Assembly (NCBI RefSeq): GCF_018350175.1
Contig: NC_058372.1
Span: 110,052,001-110,116,000 of the forward strand
Direction: 5' to 3'
Origin: Felis catus
Taxonomy: Eukaryota
Length of the DNA stretch: 64,000 bases
Both the position numbers and the translations under genes were made by a program. Positions 25,358-36,989 of this stretch are shown here, piece by piece (positions within the stretch are counted from its first letter, which is position 1; each line of letters starts with the position of its first letter). The notes beneath the pieces were generated by a model that saw only the letters and a program-made list of their open reading frames with translations, was not told the DNA's origin and ran no database searches.

Positions 25358-26780
25358 GGACTTCTGCTTCTAGTAAAGATGAGGTAATGGGGGCTAGATT
25401 CACCCTCCTGCCTGAAACAACTATAAAAGCAGGCAAAATATATGGGGCAATGTTTTCAGATACTAAACATAAGGCAGCACAGGATAGTGATCCCTGAAAA
25501 AGATGAAACAAATGCAGTAAGCACTACGATTGCCTCAGCTCAGCGCCTGAAGAGAATTTCCCAGTATTAGTTCAGGGAGGAGGAACCCAGGCTAAGTCTG
25601 GTCATCTCTCAGAGTTGAAAAGATGAAACTGGTCATGTGGGGAGCCAGACCATCTTTAGAGATTGCAGGGCAGAGTCTCTGCACAGAGAGAACGTCACAA
25701 AGAAAGAACGCTTGAAATCTCCAGAGGATACCCTCAGGTCTTCAGTTGGATACAAATCAGTTTATGCAGGTAAGGAAGCAAGAACCACCTGAAGGAACAC
25801 AAAGACCAATCACCAAAGCTCAGAGTTGAGAGTAGTTCATGTTCCTGCACCTAGAATTTCAGTCATTATTCAAGACACATTAGTTTGAGTACTCAAAAAA
25901 TTCTTACCTCACAGTGGAGCAAAATAAGCCCTAGGCTAATGAAATCTCTTTAATCCTATCTCATAAAACTTAATTGAAAGTCTCAAAAGGATAAACTCTT
26001 CCCAAGTAACTTAATTATGGTCAAGAACAAAGTTCAAAAATTCTAATAGGAATGCAAAATTATCCATCACCCACCCAACAAGGCAAAATCAAGAAGTCTG
26101 GCAACTAATAAGACATTACCACACGTGTAAAGAAGAAGGGAAATGTGACCTAAAGTGAAGAGAAAAAACCATCAATAGAAACAATCCAAAATTGACACAG
26201 ACAATTGAATTAGTATGTAATGACATTATAAAAATTATTGTAGCTATATCCCATGTAGAGGAAAGATGGAGCACACTAAGTAGAGTCATGGAAGGTAGGT
26301 AGAGTCAACGTCTAGATCAAAGTTCTAGAGATGCAAAATACAGCATCTGAGATGAAATGGACACTTGTATAGGATTCACAGTAGATTAAACACTACAGAG
26401 TAAAACAGCAAAAAGAACTACTCAAAATAAAACACAGAGAGGAAAAAGACCAAAAACAAATGAACAGAGCATCTGTGATCTGTAGGAGAACTTTAAGTAG
26501 CTTAAGCATATGTGTTAATTGGAATCATAAAGGGAGTGGGAGCAGAAAAATTATTTGAAGAAATGATTGAAATGTTTCCAACCCAAGAAATACAATGGAC
26601 CTCAAGTGCATGAAACATGAAGAAACCTCCACCACAGACATGGCAAAATTACTTAAAATCACTGGCAAAGAGAAAATCCTAAGAACAGAATTAAAAACAC
26701 ATTTTGTACACAGGACAAAGTAGGGCAACTTTAAAAGAGTATTGGGAAAAAAACCCTGTCAACCTAGTAATCTATATCAA
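25358..26780 (+). mobile_element. Ancient L1M (MC/MD/ME-type) 5'UTR plus ORF1 remnant
   Basis: GGACTTCTGCTTCTAGTAAAGATG...TTCACCCTCCTGCCTGAAACAACT start; ORF1-like AATGAACAGAGCATCTGTGATCTGTAGGAGAAC...GGCAAAGAGAAAATCCTAAGAACAG...TGTCAACCTAG. Confidence 0.75.
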
Positions 26781-26922
26781 AATTTTCCTTATTACTTAAG
26801 AAAGGGAATCTTCGTTAAATAGTTTGGAAAAGGTTAGGAAAATATGGGCCTTGTCTGGTAAATTCTCAAGGTGATAGATTGCAGTCAGTCCTTGTTCCTT
26901 CCAAGGAACAAATTTTGTTCTT

Positions 26923-26954
26923 ATTTTTTTTTTTTATAAAAATATTTATTTATT

Positions 26955-27010
<56 letters not shown>

Positions 27011-27201
27011 TAAGCATGCGCATGTGCACAAGCAGGGGAGGGACAGAGAGAGAGGGAGACAGAGAATCCGAAGCAGGCTTTAGGCTCCACTGAACTGTCA
27101 GTGCAGAGTCCCATACAGGGCTTGAACCCAAAAACGAAACCATGAGATCATGACCTGAGCTGAAGTAAGACACTTAGTTGACTGTGCCACACAGGCACCC
27201 C
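26923..27201 (-). mobile_element. CanSINE with an expanded (GA)n of ~25 units at 26958-27007
   Basis: Tail, long GA run, GACAGAGAATCCGAAGCAGGC...CAGGCACCCC. Confidence 0.94.
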
Positions 27202-27726
27202 TCTTTTTTAGAAAATTAATACAAGGTTGGGGAAAAGATTTATTGTACGCATATCTATTAATTGGTAATGTTAGGGTCTCATTTGTAAAGGAAGATGTCT
27301 CCTTATAGGTATTAGAGTGGTGCTTAGACTCTAATCTTTGGAAATAAATTATTCATTCTCAGATATTATACTATTTCTCTAAAGTTCTCTTCTGCAATGT
27401 CAATTGCTCTGCTCTAGTTCACTGCTGACTTACTTCAAAGAGTGTTGCACAAAAACCTACTGAGAGGGTCAATGTGTTTATAAACCCACTCACGGCTCAC
27501 AGGAGAACTTAAATAGCTGGAAAGGAGAAAATGAAAAAGATGCAGAAAGGCAACAGGCTTTACTTACGTTAAAATTTTGTCTAGGGCTGCAACTAAAAAG
27601 GAGAATCATGGATAAGATGCATCTAATCCAAGAAACCCAGACAAATGTTAATGCTAAAGAGTATGTTTCAATTGTTCAGATATTTTAAATGAAAGCATAT
27701 GATTTTTTGTTGTTATTTTCTCCTTT

Positions 27727-30236
27727 AGGGTTTCTGGACCCAATTTCAATGTGGGGAGGGTGTCTCCCACCACAACACCAAGCAATTCTAGGACACCAGT
27801 AGGGTGTCCAAGATTTCAACACAATTCAGACACTATCTACCTGAAGATAGCATCACATTCCACAGGTTAAGGGCTCAGTCTTACAAGATTATTCTCCACC
27901 CCTTACTTCAGATAGTTGCAAACCCCAGGCTGTTACCTGTACTTCTGGATTGGAGGTTCCAATGACCTCCTTCGCAGGTTCTTTTAATTTTCCAGAGTGA
28001 CTCACAGAACTCAGGGAAACACGTTTAGCAGTTTATTACAGATAGGATAAAGGATATAAATCAACAACCAGATGCAGAGATATTATAGGATGAGGTATGG
28101 GGAAAGCATGAGGAGCTTCCCTGACCTCTCCAGGCACCTCTATGTGTTCACCAACCTGGAAGTTTTCCCAACCCTGTCCTTTTGGGTTTTTATGGAGGTT
28201 TCAGTGCACAGTCATGACTGACTAAGTCATTGGCATTGGCTGATTCAAACTCCAAGTCCTATCCTTCCCTGGAAGTCTGGGAAACTGAAACTTACAACCC
28301 TCAAATGACATGATCGGTGCCAAAATAAGACTGTCTTGATGATTACAGCTTTGTAGTAGAGGCTATAGTCTGGGATTGTGATGCTTCCTGCTTTGGTTTT
28401 CTTCTTCAATATTGCTCTGGCTATTCGGGGTCTTTTGTGGTTCCATACAAATTTCAGGATTGTTTGTTCTAGCTTTGAGAAGAATGCTGGTGCAATTTTG
28501 ATTGGAATTGCATTGAATGTGTAGATTGCTTTGGGTAGTATTGACATTTTAACAATATTTATTCTTCCAATCCATGAGCATGGAACATTTTTCCATTTCT
28601 TTATGTCTTCTTCAATTTCCTTCATAAGCTTTCTATAGTTTTCAGCATACAGATCTTTTACATCTTTGGTTAGATTTATTCCTAGGTATTTTATGGAGTA
28701 TCCAATAGAAAAAAGACAGTCTCTTTAACAAATGGTGCTGGGAGAACAGCATGCAAAAGAATGAAACTAGACCACTTTCTTACACCATACACAAAAATAA
28801 ACTCAAAATGGATGAAAGACCTGAATGTGAGACAGGAAGCCATCAAAATCCTCGAGGAGAAAGCAGGCAACAACCTCTTTGACCTCAGCCATAGCAATTT
28901 CTTACCTGACATATTTCCAAAGGCAAGGGAATTAAAAGCAAAAATGAACTATTGGGACATCAAGATAAAAAGCTTTTGCACTGCAAAGGAAACAGTCAAC
29001 AAAACCAAAAGGCAACCAAGGGAATGGGAAAAGACATTAGCAAATGACACGCGGGATAAAGGGCTAGTATCCAAAATCTATAAAAAACTCACCAAACTCC
29101 ACACCCGAGAAACAAATAACCCAGAAATGGGCAGAAAACATGAATAGACACTTTTCCAGAGAAGACATCCAGATGGCCAACAGACACATGAAAAAATGCT
29201 CAATGTCACTCTTCATCAGGGAAATAGAAATCAAAGCCACACTGAGGTACCACCTCACACCGGTCAGAGTGGCTAAAATGAACAATTCAGGAAACTATAG
29301 ATGCTGGTGAAATGGGAACTTTCTAGCACTGTTGGTGGGAATGCAAACTGGCGCAGCCTCTCTGGAAAATAGTGTGGAGGTTCCTCAAAAAATAGAATTA
29401 CCCTATGACCCAGTAAGTGCTAGGAATTTACCCAAGGGATACAGGAGTGCTGATGCATAGGGGCACATGTACTCCAATGTTTATAGCAGCACTTTCAACA
29501 ATAGCCAAATTATGGAAAGAGCATACGTGTCCATCAACTGATGAATGGATAAAGAAGATGTGGTTTATATATACAATGGAATACCACTTAGCAATGAGAA
29601 ACAATTAAATCATGCCGTTTGCAGCAATGTGGATGGAACTTGAGGGTGTTATGCTAAGTGAAATAAGTCAGTCAGAGAAAGATACCATATGTTTTCACTC
29701 ATAGGTGGATCTTGAGAAACTTAACAGTAGACCATGGGGGTAGGGAAGGAGAAAAAAAACTTACAAACAGAGAGGGAGGAAGGCAAACCGTAAGAGACTC
29801 TTAAATACAGATAACAAACAGGGTTGATGGGGGCTAGGGGAGAGTGGAAAATGGGTGATGGGCATTGAGGAGGACACTTGTTGGGATGAGCACTGGGTGC
29901 TGTATGGAAGCCAATTTGACGATAAATTATTTATATTAAAAACAAACAAACAAACAAACAAACTGGAAATGAAAATTTTAAAAAATGACATAGTTTTCCT
30001 GGCTATCAGCTCACTGTCCTTAGGTTACCTGAGAGCTTCCCAAAAGTCACCTCATTAACATAACAAAAGATAAGATACCTTTATCACCCTTATCACAGGA
30101 AAGGTTTTATCACTTATCACTCCAAAGGTTTTAGGAGCTGTGAACCAGAAACCATGGAGGACGATGAGAAATATATTTTGGTTGCCATTCATCTCAATGG
30201 CCAAAATATATTATTTCTTATAAATCACAATATCAT
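27727..30236 (-). mobile_element. MER21-related solo LTR (27727-28311 plus 29992-30236), split by an L1
   Basis: CACAGGTTAAGGGCTCAGTC, CTCACAGAACTCAGGGAAAC, CCCTGTCCTTTTGGGTTTTTATGGAGG and terminal TATAAATCACAATATCA match the recalled MER21-group LTR. Confidence 0.8.
28312..29982 (+). mobile_element. 5'-truncated, 5'-inverted (twin-primed) carnivore L1
   Basis: 28312-28696 is reverse-complement ORF2 (minus ORF 28245-28625); 28697-29982 is forward ORF2 end, 3'UTR and (AAAC)n tail; TSD AAATGACAT at 28303-28311 and 29983-29991. Confidence 0.95.
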
Positions 30237-30671
30237 ATTTGCCTTAGATTTATGGGATAATGTTAATTTTTACAGCTTTTCTAACTCCTGTACAGTATAA
30301 GGAAACTTTTAGAAAGGTGGGGGGGGAGGTTGCAATTGAGTTAAGTGTAAATTCTCAATTTCCAAGGAGATTTTTTTGAGATGGCATTCAAGTCCATGCC
30401 CCAGGAACATCTCAGAAGCTTCCCTTTTTAGATGACTCTACCCATCCTAACTTCCATGAGCGATACTTGAGTTACGTTAGAATTTGCCTCAAATCAAAAA
30501 AGACCCAACTCATTTTATAAGATAACTTAGGATTCAATATAGTTATCTACAGTTAATGAGTAATTCAGGACCATAATACATAATATTTACTGTGAATAAT
30601 ATAATAAGTATCATGTAAATGTTATTGGACATCTGATAAAAATGTACATTTTCTAATATAATAGAAAATCC

Positions 30672-30767
30672 CAGAGGCACCTGGCTCGGCCAATCAGTAG
30701 AGTATGTGACTCTTGATCTCATGATGGTGAGTTCAAGCCCTATGGTGGGTGGAGAACTTATTTAAAA
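30672..30767 (+). mobile_element. Short old CanSINE / tRNA-derived SINE
   Basis: GGCACCTGGCT...CAGTAGAGTATGTGACTCTTGATCTC...GAGTTCAAGCCC...TTATTTAAAAA. Confidence 0.85.
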
Positions 30768-31032
30768 ACAGGGACAGAGAGAAAATTCTAGAGACACTGA
30801 GATCCCCTGGGTTAGAAGTTATTAATTTTTTAATTATGATGATCATCTAATCTTAAAGATCTCATCTCTGATTTTATGAATCTGTACACAAAAGCAATAC
30901 ATATAAACGTATATTAAAATGTTTTAACTATTTCTTAAATATGCTGTTAAAAATAAAACTAATTTGAACAAATAAATTATCACATACTGGTGAAAGGTCA
31001 TCCTATTGAAGAAGAATAGTTGGTGTTTTCAT

Positions 31033-31066
<34 letters not shown>
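31033..31066. repeat. (GT)n microsatellite
   Basis: Read directly. Confidence 0.93.
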
Positions 31067-32507
31067 ATAAAATTATGGTTGAATAGAAAAGGGTCGATTG
31101 ACTTATATATTTATATAAAAATATTTATTGAATGCCTACTCTGGGCCAAGAATGTTTCAGTCCTGTACCAGTGAATGGCTCCATGGTTAGGAATTTTATT
31201 TTTATTGTTTCTAAAACATTGTCTATTTACTGGAAGAAGTTGGAAAATTCCATATATTCTATTATGGAATATAAGAACTTTGTGCTTACAGTTTAATTAG
31301 GAGACTTAATACAGATGAAAGTATTTTAAGGGCATGCCAAGAGCTTAAGAAAATACTAGTTTTCTTTTAATTTAACATTGCTATACTCCCCAAACACATG
31401 ACATGTTTGAACAAATTGATCAGAGATGGAAAAAATTCACCACTAGGTCTTCATAAGTAGATTATTTGTGAACAGGAGTTTGGGGAAATTAAATAACATT
31501 GTTTAGGAGTAGAAAGTAGTGAAGATAAGCATATCACCTACACCAATTATGAATGTTGGACTGCAGAAGCCAGTCACAGGGACTGGCAAGTTGACTAGCT
31601 TATCTGGAAAAGGATTTGGTTGGGAAATGATAAGAATTGAAGTGAGATGGAGATGGGTGGGTAAGGTGTTCTCACTGGGCTGAAGAGTTTGGATTGAATA
31701 AGAAAGCCAATTCAGTTTATAGAGTTTTAGAGCAGGACAATCTTTTGATCTTATAGCTTCTCTTTCCCTTCAGAGAAAACTGACTTTAGTGAGAATATTC
31801 ACAATTAATGGCCTTACTACTTGGGATCAGAGCACAAGATTTCCTGTTTTCAGTGGTGTTTTTTTTTTTTTTAATGTTTGTTTGTTTTTTTTTCATATAC
31901 TCTGCTACTCTGTGAAATGATGCCCCATTGACTAGAAGCAGGAGAAACATATGAATGTAATGATAATTTGGAATACTTTGTTAGAATATTTCTATTTTAA
32001 ATTCTAAAAGGAGAGCATCCTCTTCCTCTTCGCTCTACCTCTCACTCTATAGCCTCATATGAATGGATTCACCAACCTTGATGATGTGGGTCTGTGATGA
32101 TATCTTTTCTTCCACACCACAGAAGCAGAGTCACCACCGGCCAACTCAGGCTTTACTCCCTTCTGCCAAAGGCCACTATGTCATCCAAACTTGGTCTCAA
32201 GGCAACTTCCTTCAAGGTCACTCAAAGATGGCTGCTCCTCTGATCTGCAGATCTTGGCCCAGTTATGTTGCTGCCCCCACTGGCACAACATGGGACCTTC
32301 TCACTGTCATCATCCAGAAAAAATAGGTGGAACAGTTGAAGGAATTTATGGCTTCTGTTCTATTATAAGCAGAAGAGTGTGACTGTATTTAAGGGGAGCT
32401 CCATTGGACTTTGGTAGCTACTCAACCATTTCTCAGAGTGCCTGTTGTTTGGAGGAAGAGGATGAGGTTGGCACAGAACGGTTTCAACATTTCTTTCTTC
32501 CTTCTTT

Positions 32508-32746
32508 TTTTAGTTTTTTAAATTTTTTACTTTTTTTTATTAAAAAAATTTTTTTAATGTTTATTTATTTTTGAAAGAGAGAGAGGGTGGAGATGGAACA
32601 AAGAGAGGGAGACACAGAATCTGAAGCAGACTCCAGGCTGTGAGCTGTCAGCACAGAGCCCGATGCGGGGCTTGAACTCACAAACTGCAAGATGATGACC
32701 TGAGCCAAAGCCAGACGCTTAACTGACTGAGCCACCCAGGCGCCCC
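32508..32746 (-). mobile_element. CanSINE
   Basis: Full body; perfect TSD TTTCTTCCTTCTTT at 32494-32507 and 32747-32760. Confidence 0.96.
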
Positions 32747-33259
32747 TTTCTTCCTTCTTTAGGAGTTTTTAAGATTGTTCTTTATAAGTCATGATTTGGA
32801 AAGCTAGTTCAGCATCTGATACAGATTCACAAGGTCATTCCTCCAATCTTTCTAAATCTTGTATTTTCAGGGAGAGATGCGGTCATCCTGTAGACTCTCT
32901 TTTAGTACCAGGGAACCACATATGTCCTCCAGAATGGAAGATGGCTGAAGAGGAGGAGTGGAAGATTCCATTTGCTCAATTCTCTATAACCAGATGGGAC
33001 ACTGTCCCAGGTACAGGACTCCTCTCCTCAGTGCATTTTGTCCCCAAGGACAGATAGTCACTCCTGGGGATGTAAAGTCTCTCTAGGCAATTTTAATCTT
33101 TTGGTTTCATATGTATTAAATTTCATGGTTGGAAAGCTTTAGAAACATTGATAAGCTTCACATTATTATAGATATCCTGGTTTTCTAAATAGATCTGAAA
33201 AGCTATCAGCTGCCAGTGTCATCCAGACTGGCTATTCGTGTGGCCTCAGCCAACCTCAC

Positions 33260-33702
33260 TGTAGTAGACTGAATGCTAGTCTCCAAAAAGATATGTCTAA
33301 GTCCTAACCCCAGTACTTGTGAATGTAACCTTATTTGGAAAAAGGGTCTTTGAAGATGTAACTAAGATCAGGAGCTCCAGACGAGATTATTCTGGATTAA
33401 CCAGGTAAAGTATTTCATAAGAGAAAAGTGAAGACCACAGAGAAGAAAAACAGAGAATATTCTTGAAGGTGGAGGTAGAGATTGAAGTTATGCAGCTACA
33501 AGCCAAGGAGCACCAATGATCACCTATAGCCACTAAGAGCTAAGGAGGCAAAAAGGGGTCTCCCCTAGAGCCTTCAGAGGGAGCACTGCCCTGCCAACAC
33601 CTTGATTTCAAACTTTGGCTTCCACAACTGTGAGAAAATAAAATTCTGCTGGTTCAAGTCACCAAGTTTGCAGAGATATGTTATAGCAGCCCTAGGAAAC
33701 TA
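33260..33702 (+). mobile_element. MaLR LTR (MLT1B/C/D-type)
   Basis: TGTAGTAGACTGAAT...CTTGTGAATGTAACCTTATTTGGAAAAAGGGTCTTTG...CCCTGCCAACACCTTGATTT...GCAGCCCTAGGAAACTA. Confidence 0.92.
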
Positions 33703-33953
33703 GCCTCTGGAAACATGGAGCAGTCTGATGGGGACTGCTGTGTGCCTCTCCTGCCCGCATCTCAGCTGGCCTGGCCCTGAAGAGAGCCCAAGTGGATGTC
33801 ACTTGAAACCCTACAACTACACAGCTTCCTCCACCATTCTTGGCTTCCCCTCACAATACCACCTCCTGATTCAGTCTCTCCCATACTTTACTTCTCAGAG
33901 GGATTGTACTGCTTCTTCCTTCTCTGTACTCCAATTTCTTCACTTCCCCCAAA

Positions 33954-34375
33954 CAGGACTGGCTGCATAATTTGGGGGAACCACTGCAAAATGAAAATGT
34001 GGGGTCACTTTAAAACTAGGAATTTCAAGACAAGAACAGAAGAGTTGTAAGGGAACCATGGAGCTGTCTTCTCTTTTTCCTTCTTCTTCTTCTCCTTCTT
34101 CTTCTTTTTAATGTTTATTTATTTATTTATTTATTTTGAAATAGAGATCCCCCAGGGAAGGGCAAGAGAGGCAGGGCAAGAGAAAGAATCCCAAGCAGAG
34201 ATTCTGGCAGTGAAGAGCCTGACTTGGGACTCGAACCCACAAACTGTGAGATCACGACTTGAGCCGAAACCAAGAGTCAGATGCTTAACTGACTGAGCCA
34301 CCCAGGTGCCCCAGGGCCTTTTTAGAATAGAGCCCTGTGCTACTCACAGGCTGGATACTTGTGAGGCCAGCTCTG
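33954..34375 (+). mobile_element. MER45-type hAT DNA transposon, split by a SINE
   Basis: CAGGACTGGCTGCATAATTTGGGGGAACCACTGCAAAATGAAAATGTGGGG start and GCCCTGTGCTACTCACAGG...GAGGCCAGCTCTG end (degenerate TIRs). Confidence 0.75.
34070..34312 (-). mobile_element. CanSINE (older) with a (CTT)n tail
   Basis: ...GATGCTTAACTGACTGAGCCACCCAGGTGCCCC. Confidence 0.93.
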
Positions 34376-36452
34376 CCTCCTAAATGTATCCACTCTGACC
34401 TTGCAGAGTCTTTGTTCAATACTGATAAATTCCACTACCTTGGTAACTTCTTCACACTATGCTTTATCCATTTTCTTGCTTTATGTGAAAATCAACTTTC
34501 TTCTGAGAATAGTTTCCCATAGATCTTCTTTCCTCAGGATAAAATGCTTATTGTTTAACTTCCTAGAGCCATGGAAGGCAGCATTGATATCCTTGTAGCT
34601 CCCCAGTATTGATTTTGAACAGTGGACCACCTCTTATATCAGCCCTTGATCTGTTTAGCCCCTTGCTTCCTGTATATGTACCTTCTGCCCCAACTCTGCA
34701 CAGTCATCCACTTGGCTTCAGATCATTCCACCACATTCATGGAAATCTTTGGTATATGACTCACTCTCATGGCTTCTCTTATTTGTTGCTGGCTTCAGTG
34801 TCCATGTGAAAGGCCTTTCCAGTACCTTAGTCTCCAACTTCTTCATCTTCATTCTATGTCAGCCAACCTCACCCACTTTTCTTCCATAAACCATGTCATC
34901 ACTACTATTAGAACTTCCAAGAAACCTATCCCACCTTGACTATAGCTTATTTTTCTCTCTCCCTCATTTGATTTATATCTGTAGCTCCTTAACTTCTTTT
35001 TCTCTCCTTTTTTTTTTTTTATGTCTCCATCTATTCTCCTATGTAGTATTACATTAATCTCATGGCTCTGTCCTTCATCTGCTCTCTTAGTAATGGCAGC
35101 CAAGTTTTCTCCTAGTTTTTCCATCAGACCACTTGGTAAAGCCCTACAGTTGATTAAACTTTCTGCATTTAGAATCATACATTTTACAAAAATTCACACA
35201 ACCGTGTGCAACTACTACCACCACCGGTTCCTGGACTCAAAAGTACTTCTTTGGATTTATGGTCAGGTTCTCTCTACCATTCTTAGCAACAGTTACTGCA
35301 AACCTTTAGGCTGTTTACCTGATGGCATCATCTCCCTTACTTTCCTATAGAAGTGAGAGACTATCAAAATCTTCAATCTATTCTAAGTAGACAAAAGCAT
35401 TCTACAGTGGTTTCTTAAGTCATTATTTTGTCTTAATTGAAGGAAGTGAAATTACATTTTTTCATTAAAAAACTGCTTGTAAGCACTTGTTTTGTGCTAC
35501 TCTAGCCACTGAAGATAGAGTGTTCATGGACATACATTCAAGTGATTCTGATTATTTCAAATATGTAATTTAAAAGTATATCAGTAAAGACTAATGATAT
35601 TATCAAATTTAACCCAAAATACAAGGCTAACAAAACAAATTTTGTGAGTACAAGGTATATAGTTGCAGAATCATAAAAATCCGATCATCATAGTATGACT
35701 CAAATATTTAAACATTTTAGTATCATTCTCTATTATAGGCTATCTCAAATGAATAGGACTCAGAATAATTTGCCTTAATAATAATATTTATAATATATTT
35801 GGTATACAAATATTTTTGATAATGTCAATAAGTTTTGAAGTTACACTAAAAATATCAATCTCAATTCCTTTAATTAATGTTTGAACAACCACACAAGTAA
35901 CTATGTTCTTAGAAGATAAAACATACAGGATCGACATTTAGAAAAATCATAAGCTTTATTAACAGATCTTAAGTTTAGAAAAGTTGATCAACCTTAAAGG
36001 CAGAAAAACCTAAGTTCAAAAACTGATTTGCAGTCTTAGCTATTTCACTTTATTCAAACCTTATCTAACCTCGCTGGACCTCGGTTTGTTAAATGAAAAT
36101 AGTGATGATTATTACTACATTGTGGGGGTAAGAATATTAAGTAACTTAAAGGGCCTGATTGTAGCACCATTAGTTGGTATTTTAAATCAAATATTTGACT
36201 GATGATAATTTTGTATCTCACATAGCCTTTGCCTAAAAAGGGAATTTAGAAGTAGTCATTAGTGAAGCAGGTATCATAGGCCTTGGTTAGGGAGCCAGAG
36301 CAGAATGCCAATGCGAATATTGGTATTAAGATTTTAAGCACTAAAAACGACTTTCAGGAAAACAGAGGCGATCTCAGGACTTTAATGAGGACAAACCAGA
36401 GAATCGTATCTTAATTTTTTCAGCACTATTGTCATCCATTTAATATGGCTTT

Positions 36453-36568
36453 CTTTTTAAAAAAAATTTTTTTTTTAATGTTTTATTTTATTTTTGAGAC
36501 AGAGACAGAGCATGAGCGGGGGAGGGTTAGAGAGAGAGGGAGACACAGAATCCGAAGCAGGCTCCAGG
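36453..36568 (-). mobile_element. 5'-truncated CanSINE (3' ~115 bp only)
   Basis: Tail and body up to GCAGGCTCCAGG; TSD TAA(T/C)ATGGCTTT at 36441-36452 and 36569-36580. Confidence 0.93.
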
Positions 36569-36989
36569 TAACATGGCTTTCAAAGGACACAATGAAACCC
36601 TAATAAGGACCTAATTTTCCTTGTGAGAACCTGAAAACGAAACTGGATATGGCATTGTTATCTTATTTTTCTTTGCCTAAAAGTTGTTGGCATTGCATGT
36701 TCCTTCCCAATCTGTTAAAATAATCTGCTAATAAACACGAAGACCCAGATTCTGGGTGCAGATAAGAAAACTATGCACATTCCTACCTTCTCCAAACAGT
36801 CACGAGTAGATCAAAACGCAACCTTAGGACTCTTGGAGAATACATCCCCCCGGGCGCACACGATGGGTCGAACCGACAAGTTGTAGCGTCTGGGAACTGG
36901 GAGAGTGGCGAAATTCCTGCACTCACATCAAGCGAATTCTTAACACAACCTGAGCAATCACCCAGGAGGACAGAGTGGCAGGAGGGTAG

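Larger units (their letters stand above)
31900..33810 (-). pseudogene. Candidate ancient processed pseudogene of the TRAFD1/XAF1 (TRAF-type zinc finger) family, interrupted by a CanSINE (32508-32746) and an MLT1 (33260-33702)
   Basis: Colinear minus-strand translated motifs resembling human TRAFD1 as recalled: VTICPWGQNALRRGVLYLGQCPIWL (32987-33061), EDICGS (32912-32929), NNL..EERN across the SINE, WAKICRSEEQPSLSDLEG (32208-32261), LCFCGVEE (32104-32130), HHQ (32078-32086), EEEED (32017-32031). No introns; many stops and frameshifts. Confidence 0.55.

Noticed and set aside
31859..31893. T-tract as the poly-A tail of the TRAFD1-like fossil
   Set aside because: Position and strand fit, but TTTTTTAATGTTTGTTTGTTTT also resembles a CanSINE tail and I found no TSD, so I did not count it as evidence.
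32300..33050. Resemblance of the same fossil to TTF1 (GQNALR, LPFW, FFLDDDSE)
   Set aside because: Motif spacing does not fit TTF1; the TRAFD1-type alignment has more motifs with better spacing.
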